In this document: piece by piece, positions 21,272 through 33,875 of the stretch
How positions within the stretch are numbered: the first letter of the stretch is position 1
How the letters are laid out: every line of letters begins with the position of its first letter
Source of the DNA: Neoechinorhynchus agilis
Taxonomy: Eukaryota > Animalia > Acanthocephala
Direction of reading: 5' to 3'
NCBI GenBank assembly: GCA_051530055.1
Contig: CM121341.1
Location: 4,380,784-4,444,783 of the forward strand
Length of the DNA: 64,000 nucleotides
The notes under the pieces: generated by a model
The model's database searches: none
Seen by the model: only the letters and a program-made list of their open reading frames with translations
What the model was told of the DNA's origin: nothing
Position numbers and translations under genes: made by a program

Positions 21272-22835
21272 ATGACTCACTACGACTGTGAAACTGATCT
21301 CAAATGGCCTTCTTATAGAGAAAACAACGGAGATGGCCGGCAGTGACGTACTGGGAATGCGGGGGGGAATCGCAGTTTAAAGTGGATTTCCTCTATCTAA
21401 AAGACGTCGATTAGTGGAGACGAAAGGACCACAGGTAAAGGTTTCAATGATCGATCATCACTCCGACCAGCGACCTTATGAACTCTATAATTTCGAAACA
21501 AAGGTTCAGATCGTGAGTCAACATCGCCAAAAAAGAGCCCTACTTTGATTTGGACTAACCTTTAATGATCTCAAATGGCCTTCTTATAGAGAAAACAACG
21601 GAGATGGCCGGCAGTGACGTACTGGGAATGCGGGGGGAATCGCAGTTTAAAGTGGATTTCCTCTATGTAAAAGACGTCGATTAGTGGAGACGAAAGGACC
21701 ACAGGTAAAGGTTTCAATGATCGATCATCACTCCGACCAGCGACCTTATGAACTCTATAATTTCGAAACAAAGGTTCAGATCGTGAGTCAACATCGCCAA
21801 AAAAGAGCCCTACTTTGATTTGGACTAACCTTTAACGATCTCAAATGGCCTTCTTATAGAGAAAACAACGGAGATGGCCGGCAGTGACGTACTGGGAATG
21901 CGGGGGGAATCGCAGTTTAAAGTGGATTTCCTCTATCTAAAAGACGTCGATTAGTGGAGACGAAAGGACCACAGGTAAAGGTTTCAATGATCGATCATCA
22001 CTCCGACCAGCGACCTTATGAACTCTATAATTTCGAAACAAAGGTTCAGATCGTGAGTCAACATCGCCAAAAAAGAGCCCTACTTTGATTTGGACTAACC
22101 TTTAATGATCTCAAATGGCCTTCTTATAGAGAAAACAACGGAGATGGCCGGCAGTGACGTACTGGGAATGCGGGGGGAATCGCAGTTTAAAGTGGATTTC
22201 CTCTATCTAAAAGACGTCGATTAGTGGAGACGAAAGGACCACAGGTAAAGGTTTCAATGATCGATCATCACTCCGACCAGCGACCTTATGAACTCTATAA
22301 TTTCGAAACAAAGGTTCAGATCGTGAGTCAACAACGCCAAAAAAGAGCCCTACTTTGGTTTGGACTTCAATTTCGATATATTGACAATTTCTTCGTATAA
22401 GAATTAATTCAGCAATGCGTTGAGAGATCAATAACCGTTCGTGAATGGATCACAGGCTTCATTTTTGATTGGTCGAATAAGAGCAGTCGGACGATTCATG
22501 GTGTTAAGTCGCAAAAGCTTTTCATTCAAAAAAGGCGACGTTTTCAAATTATAACATCGTTATTTTAGAAATTTCAAATACAATTCAGCGTTGGTTGGAT
22601 GGACTTGGAGAACGGAGACTGTTAGACTCTGCAATCGACATTTAAATGGTGCGGAAATACAGACTCAGCGAACTAGATTGAGACCGTCCGATCGGCATTT
22701 AAACGATGCGGAAATGTCGACCAGGCGGACTGCTGCAGACCATATCAAGTCATTAGGAAGAAGTGGTTATTCAAAATCGTCAAAGTGATGACGCCAGAAT
22801 TTCGGTTTACCTTCATTGGATCAACGAGAAAGACG
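21272..22835 (+). CDS. Unassigned spliced gene head-to-head with BTG (exons 21272-21342, 21383-21512, 22413-22500, 22569-22620, 22757-22835; probably continues)
   Basis: Four GT-AG introns with consistent phases (2,0,1,2) give an open 140-aa product, MTHYDCETDLKWPSY...QCVERSITVREWITGF...IQRWLDGLGERRLKKWLFKIVKVMTPEFRFTFIG. No family recognised. Confidence 0.55.
21296..22366. repeat. Tandem repeat, 270-271 bp unit, ~4 copies (duplicates exon/intron segment of the plus-strand gene)
   Basis: GATCTCAAATGG at 21296, 21567, 21837, 22107. Confidence 0.97.
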
Positions 22836-22991
22836 GTGAGGCGTAACAGCTAAGTATTTAATAATAGAAAAGAAACATATTTACTCAGCTAATGAGATTT
22901 ATCAAGCTACATTCACACGAAACGTTCAATAACAGCTTTGTCTCCTTTAAAAAGAAACTTAAAAAATGAATTTAGTCTGGGTATAAAAACA

Positions 22992-23005
22992 GTTTCCATG
23001 GTAAC
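22992..23005. promoter_or_regulatory. RFX X-box motif
   Basis: GTTTCCATGGTAAC matches consensus GTHNYYATRRNAAC. Motif match only. Confidence 0.35.
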
Positions 23006-23699
23006 AGTACATCGCCCATATTAAAAACGATATTCTGTAAAGAATCTTACAGAATGCCGTTATTTGTGGTAGTCGTCAGCTGTGAGAGAAAAAGGCTGCA
23101 ATGAGTTCTTGAACTAGAAAGGTACCATATGGGACGTCAAGTGGAAAAATGGATCTTACGGCAATCACCAAATTGTTAAATTTAAACGTATTGATTAAAT
23201 TTCTTATTTTGGTCTTCGATCGGTGGAGAACGTTTTATTAAATGATGAACTCTACGAGGTTCTAAACGTCTTTATTTTACAAAATATTCTCTTATGGACG
23301 GAGATCATAAAAGATGAAATTTAAATCCTTTTCACATTTCTGATCCGATATATTGATTTTTTCAATGATAATCACAATATCTTCGCAATCGATGTGTGCC
23401 GAATATCTGTTCTTTTGGTATTCGAACGGTAGAGAGCATTTTATTAATTTTAAAACTCAAGGACTGATGATGATGTCGCCGAGGTTCTAAACGTCTTTAT
23501 TTTACCAAATATTCTCTTATGGACGAAGATCATAAAAGAAGAACTTTCCTCACATATCGATATTGATTGCGAAAATAATGTGACTAGCATTGAAAAAATG
23601 GATCCTGATCGAAAATTTAAAAAGACGTTAAATTTCTTTTGGAATTCGTTTATTAGAGAGCGTTTTGTAAAATATCAGTCCTTGAGTTTTAAACTATAA

Positions 23700-26105
23700 T
23701 AAAAATTTATCCATCGATCGAAGCCGAAAAAAATCCCACATATCGACATTGATTGCGAAAATAATGTGTGATTATCGGTGAAAAATCGATTTTGATCAGA
23801 ATTAGAGAACCTTTGGTATTCGTCCATTAGAGAATGTTTTGTAAAATAAAAACCATTCGAACCTCGTCCATCAGTCCTTGAGTTTTAAACTTTAATAAAA
23901 ATTTATCCACCGATCGAAGCCGAAAAAAATCACACATTCAAATTGATTGCGAAAACAATGTGTGATTATCGGTGAAAAATCGATTTTGATCAAAACTTGA
24001 GACCTTTTCTTTTTCAATCATTAGAGAATATTTTGTAAAATAAAAACCATTCGAACCTCGTCCATCAGTCCTTGAGTTTTAAACTTTAATAAAAATTTAT
24101 CCACCGATCGAAGACCAAAAAAATCACACATTCAAATTGATTGTGAAAATAATGTGTGATTATCGGTGAAAAATCGATTTTGATATAAACTTGAGACCTT
24201 TTCGCCTTCGTCCATTAGAGAGTGTTTTGTAAAATAAAAACCATTCGAACCTCGTCCATCAGCCGTTAAGTTTTAAACTTTAATAAAAATTTATCCATCG
24301 ATCGAAGACCAAAAAAATCAAACATTCAAATTGATTGCGAAGACAATGTGTGATTATCGGTGAAAAATCGATTTTGATATAAACTTGAGACCTTTTCGCC
24401 TTCGTCCATTAGAGTGTTTTGTAAAATAAAGTTTCGAACCTCGTCCATCAGCCCTTGAGTTTTAAACTATAATAAAAATTTATCCATCGATCGAAGCCGA
24501 AAAAATCCCACATAACGACATTGATTGCGAAAATAATGTGTGATTATCGGTGAAAAATCGATTTTGATCAAAACTTGAGACCTTTTCTTTTTCAATCATT
24601 AGAGAATATTTTGTAAAATAAAAACCATTCGAACCTCGTCCATCAGTCCTTGAGTTTTAAACTATAATAAAAATTTATCCACCGATCGAAGACCAAAAAA
24701 ATCACACATTCAAATTGATTGTGAAAATAATGTGTGATTATCGGTGAAAAATCGATTTTGATATAAACTTGAGACCTTTTCGCCTTCGTCCATTAGAGAG
24801 TGTTTTGTAAAATAAAAACCATTCGAACCTCGTCCATCAGCCGTTAAGTTTTAAACTTTAATAAAAATTTATCCATCGATCGAAGACCAAAAAAATCAAA
24901 CATTCAAATTGATTGCGAAGACAATGTGTGATTATCGGTGAAAAATCGATTTTGATATAAACTTGAGACCTTTTCGCCTTCGTCCATTAGAGAGTGTTTT
25001 GTAAAATAAAGTTTCGAACCTCGTCCATCAGTCCTTGAGTTTTAAACTATAATAAAAATTTATCCATCGATCGAAGCCGAAAAAATCCCACATAACGACA
25101 TTGATTGCGAAAATAATGTGTGATTATCGGTGAAAAATCGATTTTGATCAAAACTTGAGACCTTTTCTTTTTCAATCATTAGAGAATATTTTGTAAAATA
25201 AACATTCGAACCTCGTCCATCAGTCCTTGAGTTTTAAACTATAATAAAAATTTATCCACCGATCGAAGACCAAAAAATCACACATTCAAATTGATTGCGA
25301 AAATAATGTGTGATTATCGGTGAAAAATCGATTTTGATCAAAACTTGAGACCTTTTCTTTTTCAATCATTAGAGAATATTTTGTAAAATAAACATTCGAA
25401 CCTCGTCCATCAGCCCTTGAGTTTTAAACTATAATAAAAATTTATCCATCGATCGAAGACCAAAAAAATCCCACATATCGACATTGATTGCGAAAACAAT
25501 GTGTGATTATCGGTGAAAAATCGATTTTGATCAAAACTTGAGACCTTTTCTTTTTCAATCATTAGAGAATATTTTGTAAAATAAAAACCATTCGAACCTC
25601 GTCCATCAGTCCTTGAGTTTTAAACTATAATAAAAATTTATCCACCGATCGAAGACCAAAAAAATCACACATTCAAATTGATTGTGAAAATAATGTGTGA
25701 TTATCGGTGAAAAATCGATTTTGATCAAAACTTGAGACCTTTTCTTTTTCAATCATTAGAGAATATTTTGTAAAATAAAAACCATTCGAACCTCGTCCAT
25801 CAGTCCTTGAGTTTTAAACTTTAATAAAAATTTATCCACCGATCGAAGACCAAAAAAATCACACATTCAAATTGATTGTGAAAATAATGTGTGATTATCG
25901 GTGAAAAATCGATTTTGATCAGAATTAGAGAGCCTTTGGTATTCGTCCATTAGAGAATGTTTTGTAAAATAAAAACCATTCGAACCTCATCCATCAGCCG
26001 TTAAGTTTTAAACTTTAATAAAAATTTATCGATCGAAGCCGAAAAAAATCCCACATAACGACATTGATTGCGAAAACAATGTGTGATTATCGGTGAAAAA
26101 TCGAT
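23700..26105. repeat. Tandem satellite, ~189-196 bp unit, ~12 copies
   Basis: CGAACCTC recurs at 23858, 24052, 24246, 24435, 24630, 24824, 25015, 25207, 25397, 25593, 25787, 25981. Confidence 0.96.
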
Positions 26106-26516
26106 TATTTAAAGAGACCGATCTTCTTTTTTATTAGAGAGCGTTTTATTTAAAAACTCGATAAGATTCTAAGCGTCTTCTTTTTGTGTTTACAAAACAT
26201 TCTACCCTGGACGAAGACTAAAAAGTTTAAATAATTTAAACATGAGACGTTATCAATGTTGTAAGTTCTTAGATCATTTTTTAACGGAGTCGGAAACACT
26301 GGCAATAATAATGTCGAAGCAAAAGAGGTAAACTGTATTTAGAACAAGCACAACGCTAGAATTCCGAGTGAATTCATGTGTAGAACTAGAGAATTTCGCT
26401 TCATTAGAAATGGATAGTCCTAGTTTATGAGACAAATTCTCTCTCTCGCTCCCATTTCATGGAATGTCGAAACGAATGAGGTAACCACCAAAAGAGACAC
26501 GGAAACGGTCCACCGA

Positions 26517-26530
26517 GTTGCCATGACAAC
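26517..26530. promoter_or_regulatory. RFX X-box motif
   Basis: GTTGCCATGACAAC is one mismatch from the palindrome GTTGCCATGGCAAC. A related GTTGCCATGACGAC lies at 28102-28115. Confidence 0.35.
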
Positions 26531-27084
26531 CACAACGCGCCATTTCCAATTGAGAATGGTGTTCATCGTTGTCGACTGAGGAAACAACGACGATGAATCC
26601 ATTGATGCCTATCAGAGCTTTATTAATCCGTATCATAACGAGACGATTCGCGCATGTTCGATGTCACCTCGAGAACGGCCTTAATTATGCGAGAGAAGAC
26701 GTTCAAACCTTTTCCTTGTTTTTTTCACAAAAAAACCCACCTACCCCATGGGGTTAATTTAAGAAGTTGGGAAATTTGAGGCTGGCGAAGGTGAAGAAAA
26801 TTGAAGCGTTGGCCGTGACACGGAAGAAAATTAAGAAAGGTCACGAGGTGTGAAAAACGTCACCACGCGTTGACCTTTTTGAAAGCCATAAGACGGTGAA
26901 AGCTTGCGAAAATCCCCAAAAATGGAGTTAGTTTATCGGCTCATCTTTCCGACATTTCGTCAAGGTTTTTTGCTCCCTTAAATTGTTTAGAAACCTTGTG
27001 GAAATGCCGGAATTATTCGCCGATAACGATAAATGCCGGGGAAGATTACATAAATGAAGCCGGCAGCTTGCCATAATTTAAAAA

Positions 27085-27855
27085 TCTGATCGATTTAAAT
27101 TATTGCTTTTTTTTAAAGCGTGGATCTTCCACTTGTCATAATGAAAAAATTTGATCAATTTAAATTATTGCTTTTTTTAAAGCGAGATCTTCCACTTGTC
27201 ATAATGAAAAAATTTGATCAAAAATTTCTTAAATGGATTTAAAATATTGTTTTTTTAAAGCGGAGATCTTCCACTTGTCATAATGAAAAAAATCTGACCA
27301 AAAATTTCTAAAATGGATTTAAAATATTGTTTTTTTAAAGCGTAGATCTTCCACTTGTCAAAATGAAAAAATCTGATCGATTTAAAATATTGTTTTTTTA
27401 AAGCGGAGATCTTCCACTTGTCATAATGAAAAAATCTGATCAAAAATTTCTTAAATGGATTTAAAATATTGTTTTTTTAAAGCGGAGATCTTCCACTTGT
27501 CATAATGAAAAAAATCTGACCAAAAATTTCTAAAATGGATTTAAAATATTGTTTTTTTAAAGCGGAGATCTTCCACTTGTCATAATGAAAAAATCTGATC
27601 GATTTAAAATATTGTTTTTTTAAAGCGTAGATCTTCCACTTGTCAAAATGAAAAAATCTGATCGATTTAAAATATTGTTTTTTTAAAGCGGAGATCTTCC
27701 ACTTGTCATAATGAAAAAAATCTGATCGATTTAAAATATTGTTTTTTTAAAGCGTAGATCTTCCACTTGTCATAATTAAAAAATCTGATCGATTTAAAAT
27801 ATTGTTTTTTAAAGCGTGGATCTTCCACTTGTCATAATGAAAAAATCTGATCAAA
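27085..27855. repeat. Minisatellite with ~61 bp and ~77 bp unit variants, ~12 copies
   Basis: TTTAAAGCG(G/T)(A/G)GATCTTCCACTTGTCA(T/A)AATGAAAAAA repeated. The long variant adds CAAAAATTTC(T)TAAATGGAT. Confidence 0.93.
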
Positions 27856-29981
27856 AAATTAACTCCCCATTCCCCGCAGCCCTAGAAAATAAACTAGAAA
27901 AAAGAATCGAAGTTGCCTGACGATAATTATGCCTCCAACGGCAAGATTAATCAATTAGACCGGGGGGGGAGGTGATTAGGACAAGTGTCGGACACGGAGG
28001 AAATGAAAAATGAAACCGAATTGGGCGGACATTGTGTGTGTGTGGCGGTCATTAACGACCCCTGCCCATTTGACAAAATACTTAACTTTCCTAGACGTCC
28101 GGTTGCCATGACGACCACGGACTTTGTAATTGATCGGACTAACATGACACCTGTCAGACTAGTTTTGGTGTCCTAACAAATAGAGTCCTTGTGGATTTGG
28201 GATTAGTACCTGGAAAAAAGGGTATTTCGAGTTCAATTGTTTAAGCTTACAGACAAATAGATTCGTAAAAGTGAGCTCATGATTGGCACTAGGCGAGAAG
28301 GAATCTAAACTGAAGAGATTGGATAGGTCCGCGATTGCGATTTCTGCTACCACAACTTATTATAGTCCACCGTTGTTGTTGGTGGTGGTGGTGGTGGTGC
28401 TGACAGAGCAGCGCACTACCGATATCTCTCAGCGGCGGCGGCGGTGGTGGTGTATAGAGTGTGGACGCGAGACTGCCCAGTGCTATCTCGGCGGTTAATG
28501 TAGTTTAGAGACATTACACACACAGGCTTCTCTCTCCAAATTGTAATAGAGGGCATCTAGCCGCCTCGGACGCCGTCCAAACTCTAATTGTATTTACCCA
28601 TGCTCCGTCGCTTCAATGCCACCATCGCACAGCTCGTGAAACCATTAAAAATTTAATAATCCTAGTGTGAAGCAGACTGAATTTTAAAATTATGGACTAT
28701 TATGTGAAGCGCGGCTATGATGAACCAACAGTTAATGCAATTATGGCCACTACAGGATACTCAGATACCATCTTTCATAAAACAAATTCATCAGATTGGA
28801 GTCTGTCAGGTTTAACTAAGATTCTACACATTGACCATCGAGAGAGAGAGTAATAATCCAATTTGGATTGCCAATGTGTTCACTCAAAACCTCTGAGAGA
28901 TCTGTAATGCGCAAAAAAATCAATTAGAGACCTAATGAGTCCGAATTCTGAGGTACAAAGAAGGAAACCTCGTCGTTCTTATAAAAACCTCTTTATTTTC
29001 CATTGTGCGGCTCGGTTAAAAAAAGTCGCCACGCCAAATATCTCAACCTACAAGCAACCTTGTGACAAATGCTTGTGCCTCCGGGATTACGGATAGTTCA
29101 ATCTTCAAAAATCAATTTTTAGTACAAAAAATTAGAAATGTTGCGAGTTGTTAATCGAAGATTAAACCCACCGAAAATTTTGTAAACCTTTTTCATTGAA
29201 ATCCGAATTTAATGCCATTTTTTAAACAAACACAATCTCTAAAATGAAAAAAAAGTAGAGTCGGACAAACTTTCTAATTATAAAGCGATGGGTTCATAGG
29301 ATAAAAAAGGAATCATGAGAATTACCGGAGCCCTCAAAAAAATCCGGATCCAATTGAAATTCTGTTCTTAGGGTCAATTGCTAGTTTTGTCAAGACTTTT
29401 CACAAAGCGGCTTAATGGCATCGTCTGACTTGCTACTTCTTTTTGTCGTGATGACAATTCCTAGCTTAGATTTGTTGCTTTCCGTCATGTCCAAGTTCTG
29501 GAGCACGATTCTTTGATTTATGAGACATCGCATGCGTTTGTCTTTATTATAAAGTATGCCGCCGGCTTTTGTGGATTGGGGAATTATGGTGCCATAAAAT
29601 AATTTAAAAAAAAGTTACAAATAATAAATGGAAAAGAATGCATTTGTAAGAGATATGAAGAACTTTCTTGGAGCTGTGTCTATACTCAAGTCTCATCCGT
29701 AACCTATGATTCTATGGTCACTATCTGAGGAAATAACCTTCAGGTTGTACTGATTTCTATAGGACACAAATTGGTATTTATTTGCACAAAAATTCTTATT
29801 CGCTGTAAATGCCACGTCGAAAGATTAAAACTAACCCGATTCGGTATCAAAATATAATTGTAGATTCTTATCTGCTTCCATAAGACGTAAAAAGAACATT
29901 TTTCTGCACATTTATATTGTTTTTTTGTTCTGACATAAACAAACATTATGCAAAGTATTTTGAGTACCATAAAAACTTCCA

Positions 29982-32760
29982 TTTCTTAAAGGTAAAAATG
30001 TGAGAAAATCAAATTACGTTTTGGAGTACAAAGAAATTGTTTTTATTGAGAAAAAAATCAAACCGAATTTTTATACTTTTATTTCTTAAAGGTAAAAATG
30101 TAAGAAAATCAAATTACGTTTTAGAGTACAAAGAAAATTGTTTTTATTAAGAAAAAAATCTAACCGAATTTTTATACTTTTATTTCTTAAAGGTAAAAAT
30201 GTAAGAAAATCAAATTACGTTTTTGAGTATAAAGAAAATTGTTTTTATTGAGAAAAAAATCTAACCGAATTTTTATACTTTTATTTCTTAAAGGTAAAAA
30301 TGTAAGAAAATCAAATTACGTTTACGAGTATAAAGAAAATTGTTTTTATTGAGAAAAAAATCCAACCGAATTTTTATACTTTTATTTTCTTAAAGGTAAA
30401 AATGTAAGAAAATCAAATTACGTTTTTGAGTACAAAGAAAATTGTTTTTATTGAGAAAAAAATCTAACCGAATTTTTATACTTCTATTTCTTAAAGGTAA
30501 AAATGTAAGAAAATCAAATTACGTTTACGAGTATAAAGAAAATTGTTTTAATTAAGAAAAAAATCCAACCGAATTTTTATACTTTTATTTCTTAAAGGTA
30601 AAAATGTAAGAAAATCAAATTACGTTTACGAGTATAAAGAAATTGTTTTTATTGAGAAAAAAATCTAACCGAATTTTTATACTTTTATTTTCTTAAAGGT
30701 AAAAATGTAAGAAAATCAAATTACGTTTTGGAGTACAAAGAAAATTGTTTTTATTGAGAAAAAAATCTAACCGAATTTTTATACTTTTATTTCTTAAAGG
30801 TAAAAATGTAAGAAAATCAAATTACGTTTTCGAGTATAAAGAAAATTGTTTTTATTGAGAAAAAATCTAACCGAATTTTTATACTTTTATTTTGTTAAAG
30901 GTAAAAATGTAAGAAAATCAAATTACGTTTTTGAGTACAAAGAAAATTGTTTTTATTGAGAAAAAATCTAACCGAATTTTTATACTTCCATTTCTTAAAG
31001 GTAAAAATGTAAGAAAATCAAATTACGTTTTGGAGTATAAAGAAAATTGTTTTTATTGAGAAAAAAATCTAACCGAATTTTTATACTTTTATTTCTTAAA
31101 GGTAAAAATGTAAGAAAATCAAATTACGTTTTTGAGTATAAAGAAAATTGTTTTAATTAAGAAAAAAATCTAACCGAATTTTTATACCTTTATTTCTTAA
31201 AGGTAAAAATGTAAGAAAATCAAATTACGTTTTCGAGTACAAAGAAAATTGTTTTTATTGAGAAAAAAATCTAACCGAATTTTTATACTTTTATTTCTTA
31301 AAGGTAAAAATGTAAGAAAATCAAATTACGTTTTCGAGTATAAAAAAATTGTTTTTATTGAGAAAAAAATCTAACCGAATTTTTATACTTTTATTTCTTA
31401 AAGGTAAAAATGTAAGAAAATCAAATTACGTTTTGGAGTACAAAGAAAATTGTTTTTATTGAGAAAAAAATCTAACCGAATTTTTATACTTTTATTTCTT
31501 AAAGGTAAAAATGTGATAAAATCAAATTACGTTTTCGAGTATAAAGAAAATTGTTTTTATTGAGAAAAAATCTAACCGAATTTTTATACTTTTATTTTGT
31601 TAAAGGTAAAAATGTAAGAAAATCAAATTACGTTTTTGAGTACAAAGAAAATTGTTTTTATTGAGAAAAAAATCTAACCGAATTTTTATACTTCCATTTC
31701 TTAAAGGTAAAAATGTAAGAAAATCAAATTACGTTTTCGAGTATAAAGAAAATTGTTTTCATTAAGAAAAAAATCTAACCGAATTTTTATACTTTTATTT
31801 CTTAAAGGTAAAAATGTGATAAAATCAAATTACGTTTTCGAGTATAAAGAAAATTGTTTTTATTGAGAAAAAAACTAACCGAATTTTTATACTTTTATTT
31901 TCTTAAAGGTAAAAATGTAAGAAAATCAAATTACGTTTTGAGTACAAAGAAAATTGTTTTATGAGAAAAAATCTAACCGAATTTTTATACTTATTTCTTA
32001 AAGGTAAAAATGTAAGAAAATCAAATTACGTTTTCGAGTATAAAGAAAATTGTTTTTATTGAGAAAAAATCTAACCGAATTTTTATACTTTTATTTTCTT
32101 AAAGGTAAAAATGTAAGAAAATCAAATTACGTTTTTGAGTACAAAGAAAATTGTTTTTATTGAGAAAAAAATCTAACCGAATTTTTATACTTTATTTTCT
32201 TAAAGGTAAAAATGTAAGAAAATCAAATTACGTTTTCGAGTACAAAGAAAATTGTTTTTATCGAGAAAAAAATCTAACCGAATTTTTATACTTTTATTTC
32301 TTAATGGTAAAAATGCAAGAAAATCAAATTACGTTTTCGAGTATAAAAAAATTGTTTTTATTGAGAAAAAAATGTAACCGAATTTTTATACTTTTATTTT
32401 CTTAAAGGTAAAAATGTAAGAAAATCAAATTACGTTTTCGAGTACAAAGAAAATTGTTTTTATCGAGAAAAAAATCTAACCGAATTTTTATACTTTTATT
32501 TCTTAATGGTAAAAATGTAAGAAAATCAAATTACGTTTTTGAGTATAAAGAAAATTGTTTTTATTGAGAAAAAAATTTAACCGAATTTTTATACTTTTAT
32601 TTCTTAATGGTAAAAATGTAAAAAAATCAAATTACGTTTTCGAGTACAAAGAAAATTGTTTTTATTGAGAAAAAAATGTAACCGAATTTTTATACTTCTA
32701 TTTTCTTAAAGGTAAAAATGTAAGAAAATCAAATTACGTTTTCGAGTACAAAGAAAATTT
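29982..32760. repeat. AT-rich tandem satellite, ~100-102 bp unit, ~27 copies
   Basis: GGTAAAAATG at 29991, 30091, 30192, 30293 and onward. Confidence 0.97.
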
Positions 32761-33020
32761 ATAAGTTTTCTATTTGGTTACTTTTCTTTACATTCACCAC
32801 CTCCCACCAAATTCCAGCTTTTGTCCTTCCTCGACCGTCGCCATCACGCTGGCAGCATTGCCCCGTTGTACTGCCAGCGAGATATTTTGTCGAAGAAATA
32901 AGCCTGCCCTTGAGTCTCCGGTTGCCTCTCTCAATTTCTTCGAGAGATCCTTGAGCAGAGAGAGTGCCGAGCTGCCGAGCGCTCCATACGTCTCTACCCC
33001 AAAGGGGACAAAATAGTAAA
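32761..33020 (-). mobile_element. CRE-like retrotransposon 3' end (intact RLE tail + 3' UTR)
   Basis: YYFVPFGVETYGALGSSALSLLKDLSKKLREATGDSRAGLFLRQNISLAVQRGNAASVMATV. Confidence 0.9.
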
Positions 33021-33875
33021 AAACTATTGAAAAAAAATCTAACCAATTGTTCAAGTTCGATATAAATGGGGGCTCGCGATTAAAAAGAGCGGTATAAAAT
33101 ACATGGTCATCTCGTAAAATTAGCACTGACCTGGTAAGTGCCTTAAGGGTTAAACAATGAGATTTTTCCCGTTTATATAATTCGTCCTTGATTTGTTTAT
33201 GAGATAATCGATCATCTAAAATAATGAAGAATAGTATGACAAGCAATGGACGATATATTTTTCAATGGATTCATGGTTTTCGTAAGTATCTATGTTTTTT
33301 TTCGATTGTGTGATTCTCTCAATCCGACACTTTGGTCCGAATGTGAAATTGCGTTTGTCTTTTCGATGGTCTAGACAAGTGTAGAAAGTCAATGTATGTT
33401 CCTAAAGCTCGAAATAATTCCTAGCGTTGACTTTTGATAAAGCTGACTTTTGATTTCATTTGGCATTCCGCTAGACTGGAGTCCGGTGCGTCTCTTACCA
33501 CTTGGTTGCCACCATTTTTGACTCGGTATTGTTGAAATGGATCAATGGTGCTAGAAACCAGGACGACCGATGCCGTTACCTAACAGTGAGGAATACCTAC
33601 GGAATAGTAGATTCCTACGAGTCACTTCCCATCACATACACACGCTAATTTTAAATCCTGGCACACGTGGTCGGCTGGATTGGCTCAAAGACTAGACGTT
33701 TTGACAGTTCTGAAGTATAGGCATCATTGGTGAAATCTGTGTTTAACGACCCCTATAGCTTATCGATAAATCACTCTTCAGTTTGTCATAATACAAATCC
33801 ACTCGATGGTCCAAACGGATATCGAAAAATCACCGACTTTTTTATGGCGAATTATAGTAATTGATTCGAGTTCAC

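Noticed and set aside
21514-22330. Repeated AP-1 (TGAGTCA) and CRE-like (TGACGTA) sites as an amplified BTG enhancer
   Set aside because: Both coincide with splice donors (GTGAGT, GTGACG) of the plus-strand gene model, which explains them more simply.
28200-28500. Minus-strand frame with PPPPPP and HHHHHHQQQ
   Set aside because: Explained by (GGT)n/(GGC)n microsatellites; no start codon or supported splice partners.
32794-33246. 150-aa ORF as a gene
   Set aside because: Chance fusion of AT-rich flank with the CRE RLE tail.
33232-33281. EML/HELP motif (FQWIHGFR)
   Set aside because: Only eight residues, and no downstream exon with the expected GxDCRNNL continuation.
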